Of a stretch of 59,030 bases of DNA, positions 1 through 11,861 are shown in pieces. The stretch is taken from assembly GCF_001194135.2 (NCBI RefSeq), contig NC_068987.1:43178204-43237233 (forward strand). Direction: 5' to 3'. The translations under genes were made by a program, and so were the position numbers. Origin of the DNA: Octopus bimaculoides. Its lineage: Eukaryota. Position 1 is the first letter of the stretch, and each line of letters starts with the position of its first letter. Below the pieces are notes generated by a model. That model was not told where the DNA came from and ran no database searches. It saw nothing but the letters and a program-made list of their open reading frames with translations.

Positions 1-29
<29 letters not shown>

Positions 30-31
<2 letters not shown>

Positions 32-1262
32 TGGGGGTTGGACAAAATAATTGGAACAGTAGAAATTTAACTCCAATATTTCAATGAGCCATTATATTAC
101 GAATATCCAAATTTCATTGTGAGTGTTTTTTGGGGGTTTTTTGTATTGTAGATGGTTTTATTTATCTAATTTATTATTTCTATCTCTTTTTCAGATTGTA
201 GTATAAATTAGGTTAAGATGCATGACCTCACTGAGTTTGAATAGCAGGAGCTTTCATCGCCAGAACAGCTGAACTTCTTGGTTTCTAGAGAACAACCATA
301 TTAAGGACCATGAGTGAATTTGAGAAGCAGGGCAAAAACTCCAGTAGGAGGAGTAAGTCCAGCAGGACTTCGAAGCTCACTGAAAGAGACTGAGTGTTGA
401 ATCGCATTATGATGAAAAATCACTGGACAACTGCCCTTAAAGTGACTACAGAGTTGAATCAACATCTGACCAGCCCAGTTTCAACCAAAACTGTTTACCG
501 TCAGCTCCATAAAGCCGGATATCATGGAAGAGCTGCCATCAGGAAATCTCTACTTTCTCATTAAAACATTCAGAAAAAGCTGAACTCATGTAGAGATCAC
601 AAGGGCTGGCCAACAGACCAATGGAAGCAAGTAATATTCTCTAACGAATCCAGTTTTTCTTTTCCACACTGCAAGGAGAGTTTATGTGTAGAGGTAGCTC
701 TGGGAAGTTTCTAATCCTGACTGCCTTCTTCCTACAGTGAAGCATGGAGGATAATGGTTTGGGCAGCCATTTCTTGGAATTCTCTTGGTCCAATTGTTGC
801 CCTACCTGGTAAGATCAACAGCACTGATTATCTGAATATTTTGGGAAATCAAGTCCTTCCTGTGGTCCAGACATTATTCCCTGATGGTGAGTGCAGCTTC
901 CAAGATGACAATGCTCCAATAACCTCTCATGTGGTTAAGAACTGGTGTGAAGAGCATAGTAGTGAGCTACAACACATGGACTGGCCCCCTCAATCTCCAG
1001 AGCTTAATATTATTGAGCATCTGTGGTGCATCTTGGAGCAACAAGTTAGAAGTTGTTAACCGCCACTGTCGTGTCTGCGACAGATGGAACAGGTTTTACA
1101 AGAAGAATGGCTCAAGATTCCTCTCAATGAAGTTGGGAAGCTGTATGAATCAATTCCTAGATGCATCGAAGCTGTTCAGAAAGCTAAAGGAGGACCAACT
1201 CCATATGAAATAAATAAATCATTGAATTTAACACGTGTTTCAATGATTTTATCCAATCCCTG
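30..1262 (+). mobile_element. Tc1-family DNA transposon, near full length, decayed transposase (DD36E/Incomer-like)
   Basis: Left TIR CATGGGGGTTGGACAAAATAATTGGAAC from 30 is inverse to GTTTCAATGATTTTATCCAATCCCTG ending 1262. TA on both sides (28-29, 1263-1264). Transposase from ATG 219 has stops/frameshifts but keeps FSNES, MVWAAIS, FQDDNAP and WPPQSPELNIIEHLW (ORFs 754-1059, 1084-). Confidence 0.9.
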
Positions 1263-1266
1263 TATA

Positions 1267-2630
1267 TTGGGTCAACCCATAAATAATGCAGTTTTTTTTA
1301 TACTTTTATTTTTCAAAATTAAGATAAAGTTCTTTTTTAATCTAGAATAGACTTTCCTTCATTTTCTACACAGCTCTTCCATCTATCTGGTATTTCTGCA
1401 AGGCCCCTCTTCTAAAAATTCACTTGTCTATGACGAAAAATACTCCTCCAGTACTGTTCTGACCTCGTCTACAGAATTCATATTTTTTCCATCCAAATGA
1501 TTTTGAAGACTGCAGAATAAAAAATAATCAGATGGGNNNNNNNNNNNNNNNNNNNNNNNNNNNNNNNNNNNNNNNNNNNNNNNNNNNNNNNNNNNNNNNN
1601 NNNNNNNNNNNNNNNNNNNNNNNNNNNNNNNNNNNNNNNNNNNNNNNNNNGGGGGGGGGGGTCATTGTATCCAGTTCAAACTGTCCCAGCCTTTGGAATG
1701 TCATCCTTGCTGTATGTGACCAAGCATTATCCTGATGGAAGAACACCTTTTGTCTTGAATCCAAAGATAATCGTTTTTCATCTAGTACTAACTTAGACTG
1801 TTTGCAGTAGATCTCCTTTGTTATCATTTGGTTTAGGTTTAAAAGTTCAAAGTGGACTAAACCTTTCATATCCCACCAAACAAATAACAACACCTTGTGT
1901 GGGTAAAGACCTTCTTTAGCCTGGGGTGCCAGTGTTTCTCTTTTCCCTGCCCACTATCTTTGGCACTTGACATTTTTATAGAGAACCTGTTTCTTATCAC
2001 CAGTCACTATTCAGTCCAAAAAAAGGTTCATTTGTGAGATGTGACAGCAAAGAAGAGCACACATTCCCTCTCTGCATGCGATTAGACTTGGAAAGTTTGT
2101 GAGGAACCCATTGACACAATTTGCTGACTTTTCCGATGTCACGCAGGTGTCAGTGACTGGCTGAATGACCAAATTCAAGCTTCTCTGCTAGTTTGTCAAC
2201 AGTTACAACGGGATTTTGTTCCACCAGGCTTTGCAGGACATCCTTTTCAAGCTCTACAGATCATCCAGGATGTGATTCATCTTCTAGGCTATAGTTTCTG
2301 GCTCAGAATTTCTGGAACCACCATTGACACTGACTTACGCTTATTGTCCGATCCCCATATACTGCATTAATATTCTTCACACTTTCCATTGCATTGTTTC
2401 CTTTATTAAACTCATAAAGCAAAATATGCCGTATATGCTCCTTTGCCACTTCCATTATAGCTTTGAAAAAATAACTGTTAAAATCGAACTGCATTCTTCA
2501 AAACTTGTGCTAAGAACAAGGTAAAATTACTACTGTTTTTATAGCAAATTGATGCAGGTAGTTTATCCTGTCCCCCTTTGACCTTTAGTTCATGCAATTG
2601 AAAAAACTGTATTATTTATGGGAAATCATA
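1267..2630 (-). mobile_element. mariner (DD34D-type) transposon, decayed
   Basis: N-terminus MEVAKEHIRHILLYEFNKG...VYGDRTISVSQCQWWFQKF (ATG 2455) and core MLFVWWDMKGLVHFELL...FFHQDNAWSHTAR (ORF 1528-1893). TIR core CCCATAAATAATGCAGTTTTTT (~1276-1297) is inverse to AAAAAACTGTATTATTTATGGG (2601-2622). Third catalytic residue falls in the N gap. Confidence 0.85.
1537..1650. other. assembly gap (N run)
   Basis: 114 Ns inside the mariner transposase. Confidence 1.
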
Positions 2631-3124
2631 TTTGTCTCTGCACCAGGTATGAGCTGTAAGTTGCTGAGTTTATACTTACATATTATTATATAAGGTTATT
2701 CTTTAGAATTAACATATAATCAAATATTTTTCAGCAACAGCTGTGTGTGAGTATTTCCTCAGTTAAAAAATATTTAATTATATGTTAATTCTAAAGAATA
2801 ATCTTATATAAAGATGTATAAGTGTAAACTCAGTAACTTAAAGTTCAGGTCCGATGAAGAGATAAATATTGTGATTTGCTATTAAAGCCTGATATTTTCC
2901 ATCCTCATGTTATAGTACTTTTATATTCTATACAATAGCAAGATTCCACCTGTTTATCCAGACTTGGAAAATATCCTGGCACCAGCCTTAACACTGTTGG
3001 TGTGGAGTATGGGTCTTCTTGAGTACAGCAAAGCACCAGGCATCTCAGGGGTAGCTAATAATAGTATAGGATCTCTTAAATGCATGTTGAGGTGATCTGA
3101 ATTATACTAAAGCTATATATTTAT

Positions 3125-3815
3125 ATATATAATTATCATTTAACATCTGTTGTCCTAGCTGGCATGGGTTGGACAGTTTGACCAAAGTTGAGGAGCTGCA
3201 CCAGACTCCAGTCTGATTTGGTATGGTCTCTATGACTGGATGTCCTTCCTAATGTCAACCACTTTACAGTGTGTGCTTTTATGTGGTACCACCATAAGTG
3301 CTTTACTCCACCAGAGGGACCAGTCTTAACACTTACAGGTCTTCTTGAGTACAGTAAGGTGCCAAGCATCTCAATCCTTTGTCACTTCACCTATCAGCTG
3401 AGATGACAAGGGAGGTTGTCTCCAGTACTTCATTCTATGTCTTCCTGGGTCCCCCACTTCCATGTGTTCCATCTATGTTGAGAGCTTGGCACTTTATGGC
3501 ACTGTTAGCATCCATCCACATCACAGGATTAAACCAGTGCAGCCTGCTCTCTTTCACACAGCATCTAATTCCTTTTGTGCCCTAAATTCTCTCATTTTTT
3601 TCTAACTTTCACATGTCCTCTGCATTCATGTAGAATTGCTTTTTGTATACATGCATCATACAATCTTCCTTTCATTCAGAGAGAGAAACCTTTTGTGGCC
3701 AACAGAGGCAACAGCTCTCTGAATTTCCTCCATCATATTCTTATTTTAGCTATCACACTCTCCATGCATCCTTCCCCACTACTAATTTGGTCCCCTAGGC
3801 AGCAGAAATTTACTA
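3125..3815 (-). mobile_element. RTE-type LINE 3' fragment, old
   Basis: Reverse complement matches the ORF2 C-terminus and 3' tail (…GGGTTGGACAGTTTGACC…CTGGATG..CTTCCTAA) of the better-preserved copies at 24474, 44905 and 55040. Confidence 0.7.
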
Positions 3816-4199
3816 CCTCCAATGAGCCACCAGGGCATTTCAGAGAATCTTATATATATATTGTGTGTGTGTATGATAACAATGAAGTACCAAGAGATCA
3901 AAGTGGAAAGAAACTACAGAAGACCAATGGAGACATGGGCAAAAGGGATGAAAGCTGATCTGAAGATGATCATGGCCCTTGCAAAGTAATACAGGAAGTA
4001 GTGGGATGCTGTATTGGAAAGGACCTGTCCAACCCAAGCAAGCGTGCAAAAGTGGGCATTAAAATAAGGACAAGGACATACTCATGTATTTACAAATGAG
4101 GGAAAAGAATTACTCTACATGAAGCAGCTTCTACATGTGCAGAGGTGTTTTGCTTATTTAATCAGAATGTGAAAGTATTACTACTTCTAAATTTCGCAT

Positions 4200-4388
4200 A
4201 CTGGACAAAATGCTTAGTGGCATTTCATCCATCTTTACAACCTTAGTTCAATTTCTGCCAAGGTCAATTATGCCTTTCATCCTTTCAATGTTGATGAAAT
4301 AAGTACCAGTTGAGCATCGCAGTTGATGAAATCAACCAGCTTTTTCCTCAAAATGTCTTGCCTTGTGCCTATAGTAGAAAGGTTTATT
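4200..4388 (+). mobile_element. tRNA-derived SINE, degenerate
   Basis: Matches the family seen at 43441-43870 and 46457-46645 (AAATGCTTAG…GCCTTTCATCCTTTC…AAGTACCAGTTGAG…CCTTGTGCCTATAGTAGAAAGG). Confidence 0.7.
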
Positions 4389-5177
4389 ACTTATGAATTT
4401 TGTCAAACTTAACAGATAAGGACATGGATGAAATGCAGAGTACATAGAGCAGCTTTTCTCTACTTTCCACTCATGAAGGTGGAGTGGGGCTTTTAGCATC
4501 ATCCCCAACTCTTTTCCAACCTTGTAGACCTTAGCTTATCTCGAGTTCCTAAAACTTATATTCATCACTAGATAAGCAAAATAATGTTCTATGGTTACAT
4601 TTTCTTAATTTCTCATTAATACTGTGAAATATATCTCCACCACCTTCAAAAACTAAGGCCTTAAGCCTACATTAGAAGCATTTATTATAGCAAAGACAGT
4701 GGAATTATAAAATGTGGATGGATGAAAGCAAATGCCACAAGGTATTTAGTTAGACTCTACTGTTTTTAAGTTCAAATCCTGCTAGTGGTGAATTTTAAAT
4801 TGATCAAATAAACACCAGATATGATTTTGAGTTGTTTTAATCAATTATACTCTTTTACAAATGTTTAGCTTTGTATGAATGCAAAAACTAACATTTTAAA
4901 GATGAAATGACAGAAACAGCAAAATGCTAAACTAAATATCTTACAGTATTTCTAGCTCAAGTTTAGGAGTTCAAATCTGACCAATGTTGTATTTGCCTTT
5001 CATCTCTCTAAGGTCATTTAATTGGTTCCGGTATGTATGACTGCTGAGTCAATCAATTATATATTCCCTCATGTTTTGAGTTCTATTTATTGTTAGTACT
5101 ACCAAACCTATCCTCTCTGGTAAATTTGTGGTTCTGTACTAATGTAAGAAATTATCTTGAATTATTATAAAATTTAG

Positions 5178-5342
5178 AAACATCAAGTGTTGAGCTGTGA
5201 GTTATTTCCTGTTGGTTGTCCCCAGTGTGGTCAGAAAGATATCCAAAGAAAGGACATTGCTCAGCACATTGACCAAGCATCTGGCCATTGTCCTCTTACA
5301 CTTATTTCTTGTCAGTATCATCCATTTGGCTGCACACACATG
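5178..5342 (+). CDS. TRAF-family protein, internal exon (TRAF-type zinc finger)
   Basis: Acceptor tttag|5178, donor 5342|gtatgt, 165 nt, phase 0-0. KHQVLSCELFPVGCPQCGQKDIQRKDIAQHIDQASGHCPLTLISCQYHPFGCTHM shows the H-x4-C…C-x2-C…H…C…C…C TRAF finger pattern. Confidence 0.9.
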
Positions 5343-5876
5343 GTATGTAAAGTCATTTATTTTGATTCTTTCTCTTATACTCTCACTTCCATTTAGTAAC
5401 ATCTCTTAACCCTGTTGTGCTCGCCAGCCTGCCTGTCCATCATTCAGAACCTCTGAGATTAGCCACTAAATATTTACTCCAGCAGCAAAATGTCTACATT
5501 TGTAGATCTATTATCTCAATCATTGATAAAAAAAACTCTCTACAAAAGGAAATAAAAACATCCCAGCATTAATCATGGTAAATCCTTTACTTGTCACAAA
5601 CAATGCTTCACTGAGAATTAAAAACTGAAACTTGTCTGGAGTTATCACTATACAACTAAATACCTCTGAGTCATTCAATTAAAGTTTTCAGGTTATTTTC
5701 TCTATTTTTTTTTTTTAACCACTGAGATAATTAAAATCTTTTTACATCAAATATGTTAGTGCCAATTTTACTGTGGTCTCCGTTAATGTAATTTTCTTGG
5801 ACTACCACAAATAATTTTTCCTGTTAGTATAACTTTTTAGGATTACCATAAGTATATCGTCAATATCATTTTCTAG

Positions 5877-6049
5877 GACTATCGTAAAAACATGTCTTAC
5901 CACATATCACATGCTGTTGAGTATCATAATGTTCTGTTGATGAAATTTCTGCAAAATCTTGAGAAAAGACTCGAATCCATTGAACAAAACTTTGACTCCA
6001 ATATCAATCTGTCGTCAAACATCAGCAATAAGATTGAACAGATGCAACG
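5877..6049 (+). CDS. TRAF-family protein, internal exon (end of last Zn finger plus coiled coil); not in the ORF track
   Basis: Acceptor ttttctag|5877, donor 6049|gtaaaa, 173 nt, phase 0-2. Open frame DYRKNMSYHISHAVEYHNVLLMKFLQNLEKRLESIEQNFDSNINLSSNISNKIEQMQ(R). Phases join both neighbouring exons. Confidence 0.85.
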
Positions 6050-6447
6050 GTAAAAAAAAAATCTTTTCTGCCTCCCTTTTCTTTTTTTTTTTTCAGCCTA
6101 TAATAAATATGTGTGCTTAAAAAAGAGGTTGGGGAGAAAATTTAGCAAAATGAGAGTATTTAGAAATAAAACAAATTTTCGATTGAAGCAGGAATCTTAA
6201 TATTCTAAAGTTCTGTTTGCTTTAAATATTAAAATTGAATAAATTAGAATCAATATAAAATTTTAATTTAGTTTTTGGTGGCCACTTTGCGAAAGAAACC
6301 TGAGAAGAGCTGTGAGGTTGAGTTATAAATCACATAATCAATTTTTCCAATAAAAACTGTTGTGACTTTGATGTCACTGTCTCTCATCCTTTTTACTTCA
6401 GCTTTGCCCACAGGAGACTGAGTTCTCCACATTACACACACTTTTAA

Positions 6448-6605
6448 TCTTTTAGCATTTAAACAGGAGATATCTGATCCAAATACTCTACCTGTTTAAT
6501 GCTCAAACTGGCCATATCCAGCTTGTCATACCTACTCTTCAATGTCATTCATTCTAAAAATTAAGTTACCTCATCAAAATCTCAAAACTTTGAAATAATG
6601 CAATT
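6448..6605. mobile_element. partial copy of the TTAA-flanked MITE
   Basis: TTAA at 6444-6447, then TCTTTTAGCATTTAAAC…AAACTGGCCATATCCAG…CCTCATCAAAATCTCA, matching the complete copy at 21545-21765. Right end not found. Confidence 0.7.
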
Positions 6606-6797
6606 CCTTCTTAATTGAAGACCTTGTATAAATTTCCCTCATCCTTAACATGATAGGTTGAATGACAATATGGTAATTGCCTGCTAACTCTTTACCATTG
6701 TTATGCATTTCCCAGTTAAATTTAATAATAGAACTTGTCTTTGGATATTTCAACTTGTAAAAAAAAAATTTAAAAACTGGTTTTCTGTTTTATATTT

Positions 6798-7170
6798 GGG
6801 TGCTGGCATGGCTATATGGCAAGAAGTTTGCTTTCCAACCATATGGTTCCGGGTTCAGTCCCACTGCATGACACCTTGAACAAGTCTTTTACTATAGCCT
6901 CAAGTTGACCAAAGCTTTGTGAGTGTATTTGAAAGATGGAAACTGAAAGAAATCCATTGTGTGTGTGTAATTTGTCTGTATTTGTCCCCCATCACCTCTT
7001 GACAACCAGTGTTGGTGTGTTTGTTTCTGTAACTTAGCAGTTTAGCAAAAGAGACTGATTGAATAAGTACCAGGCTTTAAAAAATATAAGTACTGGAGTC
7101 AATTTGTCCAACTAAAATTCTTCAAAGTGGTGCCCCTGCATAACTGCAGTCAAATGACTGAAACAAGTAA
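6798..7170 (+). mobile_element. tRNA-derived SINE (composite)
   Basis: A-box-like TGGCTATATGG, B-box-like GGTTCAGTCC (6852-6861), body …GATGGAAACTGAAAGAAATCC, (TG)n, then the …GGTGCCCC…CAGTCAAATGACTGAAACAAGTAA module also seen near 44720 and 53290. Confidence 0.75.
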
Positions 7171-7481
7171 TTTAAAATTGAAAGATTAAAATGGTAAATA
7201 TGTTTGTCCATTCAGGGAATCAATTGTTTCAATCAAAACTATGCATTAAACCCATCACCACAATACCACTGTAGTATCGCTGAAACACAAATATCACTTT
7301 TGTGATGGGAGAGAGGAAATAATAACCTGAATATATTATATTTTACACAACGATCATGGTGGGAGTTGAATTGAGGAAAATATAAGTTATCTAATTCAGC
7401 ATAATTATGTTGGTGCTGTATTGTTTGTCACATCTCTTTCTATTCTTCTTTTTAATCCCAAATCTTTTCATTTCATTTCAG

Positions 7482-8019
7482 GGCCATTAGTATGAGAGAT
7501 ACTGTTCAAAACATCTTCAAAGAGAAATATTCTGGCTGTCTTTTATGGCAGATAGACCTAAACTCAAACGGGTGTGTTTTCATCAGTCCATCATTCTACA
7601 CGGCAAACCCTGGATACAGAATAGAGGCACAGCTGGATATTTCTGGTTGTCAAGATTCCATTCTGTATATCACTTTCTCCCTATCCTTAAAGGAGGGTAT
7701 GTATGATGATGTATTAGTGTTCCCGTTCTCTGGAGCATGTCTTGTCACTGTTTTTGACCAGATGGCCTCCAACTGCAAAGAAAATTACAGTCTGTTCATT
7801 GAATGTTCACAATTACAGCGATACAATGAGAACTGTCCTGGTTCCTCCCCATTCCAAGTCTGCCATAAATTAATGAAGGCTGAGGATTTCTTCAGCCCAC
7901 GTTACATAAAGAATAAAACTGTCTTTTTAGAAGTGAAAGTTATGCAAGCTGTTCAATCACAAAGTCAAGTGAAATATAGTCTCATGAATCAAAAGAATCA
8001 CTCCTACTTGAGGCAATAA
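7482..8019 (+). CDS. TRAF-family protein (TRAF6-like), last coding exon, MATH/TRAF-C domain
   Basis: Acceptor tttcatttcag|7482 completes CG+G=Arg in frame with ORF 7492-8019. MATH motifs LWQI, SPSFYTANPGY, GMYDDVLVFPF, TVFDQ, YIKNKTVFLEVKV. Stop TAA ends 8019. The 5' exons were not found in the window. Confidence 0.92.
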
Positions 8020-9039
8020 GGTGTCATGATACCAACTGAAGGTTTAAAGGTCCATATCCTGTTTCTCATGAAACAGTTTTCATGGTTCTCATTGGTTTGC
8101 ATCACCTAGCACTGAATTAGTACCATAGCTATGTAGAGATCATTATTATAAGCAGCGTAATCCTTGAATAATTATTTTGGTAATTAGAGTTCATCCTCCA
8201 GTAGGCTTAGGGAATGTAACAAAAGAAACTACTTCAATGAATTCTTCATTGTACATGTTTCACTCACAGAAAGAATTGTCTACAACTTAATGGTTCATTT
8301 ATTTACAAAAGAAAAACAATATTCTAATTTATCTATTCTTGGCAGGATTTGAATTTTCATTCATTAAAAAAACAGAAATTCACTTTTCTACCCCATTGTA
8401 ACTATGTAGTATCATAATGAACTAAACCATTTCAAAGCTAAGTGTAGATGTAGTTCATTGTTTCCAAACTGACAAGAATTTTTGCTTTCTAATTTTAAAA
8501 TTTTTCTTGTATATTATTTATTGTAATTATTTTTCATTGAATCTATGTATGAGAATTTTTAAACAAACAATCTCTTTCACTTATCAGCAACAATTTTTAT
8601 TTTCTCATAAATTTATGCTTTTATCAACCTCATTTTATACCTCAACTTAAATGTTGAATGGATAGTTTTAAACTCTTGTATAAAAGAAGCAAGCTGCAAT
8701 GTTATAAAGTACAGAAACAGAATAAAATAATATACTACCACCTTTACCCAAAATTTGTGAATTAATTGCTTGTGATCTTGGGGGGGGGGGAGATGACAGG
8801 AGCTATAAGAAGTCATACACAGTTGTTTATAACAAAAACAGTTGTAAGCTAATGAAGTTAACTTCTGTTCTTTTATCATTCATTCATTTAGTTATGTCCA
8901 GTACTGACTTTCTGGTTTACATGAATCTTGAGCAGCAGAGGTTTAACCAATTCACACCTCCTTGTTACTGGACCTTATACTGTGAAGAACTTAGTTATAG
9001 TTCTTAGAGCTGGTTATAAGTACTACTAAGTGGAACTAC

Positions 9040-9100
9040 AACACAACACACACACACAAACACACACACGCGCACGCGCACACGCACACACACACACACA
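9040..9100. repeat. (CA)n/(CG)n microsatellite
   Basis: Seen directly. Confidence 0.95.
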
Positions 9101-9532
9101 GTATTACAGATCCATTCCAGTTGATTTTTTTTTTAACTAATCAGTTTGCAAGTATTGCCACTTATTGGATGAATGTATGCTGGAGAGATGGATGGGCTGG
9201 ATTGTCAATCTTAAAATCATGTTATGTATATGAGTAGCAAAACTTGTGCTGAACCATCACTGTGATGATGGGAATACCGGTGGTGGAAGCTCTAAAATTT
9301 ATGTTCTTGGTGCAGTCTGCCAGTATCCGAGCACACATTTCCTTTCATGTGGACAGGATCAAAAAAGTTTGCTTTTACAGTTTAGGTAAGTGCCCTGCTG
9401 AAAAGGATTCTTTAGTATAATTCTTTTCTCCATCAAGCATAGCCTGCATCTCCTACTGCTATTGAAATAAGGCTTGCACTTCTCCAGTTGGTGCTGTAAT
9501 TCATGGCACTTTCTTTCAATAACCACATATAT

Positions 9533-11070
9533 ATCATCATAATCATCGTTTAACGTCTGCTTTCCATGCTAGCATGGGTTGAACGATTTGACTGAGGACT
9601 GGTGAACCGGATGGCGGCTCCAATCTGATCTGGCAGAGTTTCTACAGCTGGATGCCCTTCCTAATGCCAACCATTCCGAGAGTGTAGTGGGTGCTTTTAC
9701 TTGCCACCAGCACGAGGGCCGGTCACACAGTACTGGCAATGGCCACGCTCAAAAGGGTGTTTTTTATGTGCCACCTGCACAGGAGCCAGTCCAGCGGCAC
9801 TGGTAATGACCTCACTCAAATGATTTTCTAATGTGCCACTGGCACTTGTGCCAGTAAAGTGACGCTGGTAACGATCACACTCAAATGGTGCTATTTACGT
9901 GCCACTAGCATGGAAGCCAGACAGCTGCTCTGGCAATGATCACACTTGGACGGTGCTATTAGTGCTCTACTGGCACAAGTGCCGGTCATAGAATATAGTT
10001 CAATTTCGATTTCACTTGCCCCAACAGGTCTTCGCAAGCAGAGTTTAGTGTCCAATGAAGAAGAGGTTCGCATGGGTGCCAGTTGTCGAATTCGATTTGG
10101 TTTTGATTTCAATTTCACTTGCTTTAACAGGTCTTTGCAAGCAGAGTTTAGTGTCCAATGAAGTAAAGATACGAATAAGTGAGCTGGCTACACTTCTGGC
10201 AGAGGCCACAGATTATGTTCTCACTTGGCTTGCCGGGTCTTCTCACGTACTGCATATTTCCAAAGGTCCTGGTCATTAGTCATTGCCTCGGTGAGGCCTA
10301 AAGTTCGAAGGTCACCACCTTCACCACCCCATCCCAGGTCTTCCTGGGCCTACCTCTTCCACATGTTCCCTCAACTGCTAGGGTGTGGCACTTTTTCACA
10401 CGGCTATCCTCATCCATTCTTGTCACATGACCATATCAGCGGAATCGTCTATCTTGCACACCACAACTGATGCTTCTTCGGTTCAACTTTTCTCTCAAGG
10501 TACTTACACTCTGTCTAGTATGCACACTGACATTATACATCCATCGGGGCATACTGACTTCATTCCTTGCATGTCCTCAGCAGTCACGGCCCAAGTTTCA
10601 CTGCCATGTAGCATGGCACTTCGTACACATGCGTCATACAGTCTGCCTTTTACTCTGAGTGAGAGGCCCTTTGTCGCCAGCAGAGGTAAGAGCTCTCTAC
10701 ACTTTGCCCAGGCTATTCTTATTCTAGCAGCAACACTTTCAGTGCACCCTCCCCCACTACTAACTTGGTCACCTAGGTAGTGGAAGCTATCAGCTACTTC
10801 TACTTTTTCTCCCTGGAATGTGGCAAAGGTTGTTTTCTGCACATTTTCAGTGTTTATTGCTCCTGAGCATCTGCCACATACAAAAACTATCTTCCTAGTT
10901 AGCCTTTCTTTGATATTGCTGCACCTCTTATGTGTCCAGAGCTCACACTGGGTACAACTTATGGAGTTTCTACCTATGCCTTTTCTAGATTGAGCAGGGA
11001 TATCTACCTGAAGGGGTTTGTGTTTTGTCTACCTTACTACTTATTAGGACTTTGGTTTTAGCTAGGTTGA

Positions 11071-11071
<1 letters not shown>
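9533..11071 (-). mobile_element. RTE-type LINE, 5'-truncated
   Basis: ORF 10504-10842: FHYLGDQVSSGGGC…RIRIAWAKCRELLPLL…RLYDACVRSAMLHGSETW. Its 3' UTR matches 56361-56780. (GAT)n tail at ~9533. Internal duplication at ~10023-10060 and ~10126-10162. Confidence 0.92.
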
Positions 11072-11153
<82 letters not shown>

Positions 11154-11163
11154 NNNNNNNNNN

Positions 11164-11200
<37 letters not shown>
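11071..11200. repeat. compound microsatellite (CT)n-(ATCT)n-10N-(TA)n
   Basis: Seen directly; Ns at 11154-11163. Confidence 0.95.
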
Positions 11201-11203
<3 letters not shown>

Positions 11204-11269
11204 ATAGAAATGATATATGAGCATATGCATGTATACATACATATATGTACATACCTGCATATCCAGGTA

Positions 11270-11690
11270 CAGGACATCAAAAATCATGGACAAAAAAAGG
11301 AACATAAACAAAGCACAAAAAACAGACTTTCTTATGGACAACAGAATGAACACATAGGAAAACAGACTAGCCACTTAGGGAACTTTTCATTCATCAGCTG
11401 CCTCTATTCTAAACAAGGCGTTTCGAAGATGAGGCAGAACGCACTCTTAGAATAGCTCTTCTCACAAAGTGGATTAACCTGCTAAGCGGAGGATTCCAAA
11501 GTAGCAAACAAAAACCACGACAGGAAAAATTAAACAGTGAAAACAACGATAAGCCGAACGAGATGAGATACTGAATACTGTGATGTGACGAACTTGAGCG
11601 GAGAGAGATAGCAGTTCATCTTGCCCTTATGCTGGCCGAAGAGAGAATGGAAGGTGACCACAGGACACATGTGATCAACGAGGAGTGGTA
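11270..11690. repeat. probable interspersed repeat, possibly a Penelope-like terminus
   Basis: CpG-richer than its flanks. Contains GCGTTTCGAAG (reverse CTTCGAAACGC), reminiscent of Penelope ends. Recall-based only; no coding motif seen. Confidence 0.3.
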
Positions 11691-11830
11691 GAGAGAGGAA
11701 AAGGGAGGAAGTTGAAGAAAAGTGAGTGACGAGAGACAGGGAGGAAGAGTAAGAGAGAGATATGTGTAGCAGTGAAGGGGAGAAGCAAGGACAACAGAAG
11801 GAAGCAGAGCGAGAGTGGCAGATAGGTAAG

Positions 11831-11861
<31 letters not shown>

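Noticed and set aside
1651-1661. Poly-G run as a G-quadruplex or regulatory site
   Set aside because: It abuts an N gap; likely a read-end artefact or the edge of an unresolved homopolymer.
2640-5170. Additional upstream TRAF exon
   Set aside because: No open frame with Cys/His finger pattern and matching splice phase was found; the 5' exons are probably outside the window.
6798-6870. tRNA gene (A and B boxes)
   Set aside because: No cloverleaf; it is the tRNA-derived head of a SINE. The same applies to 43441 and 51316.
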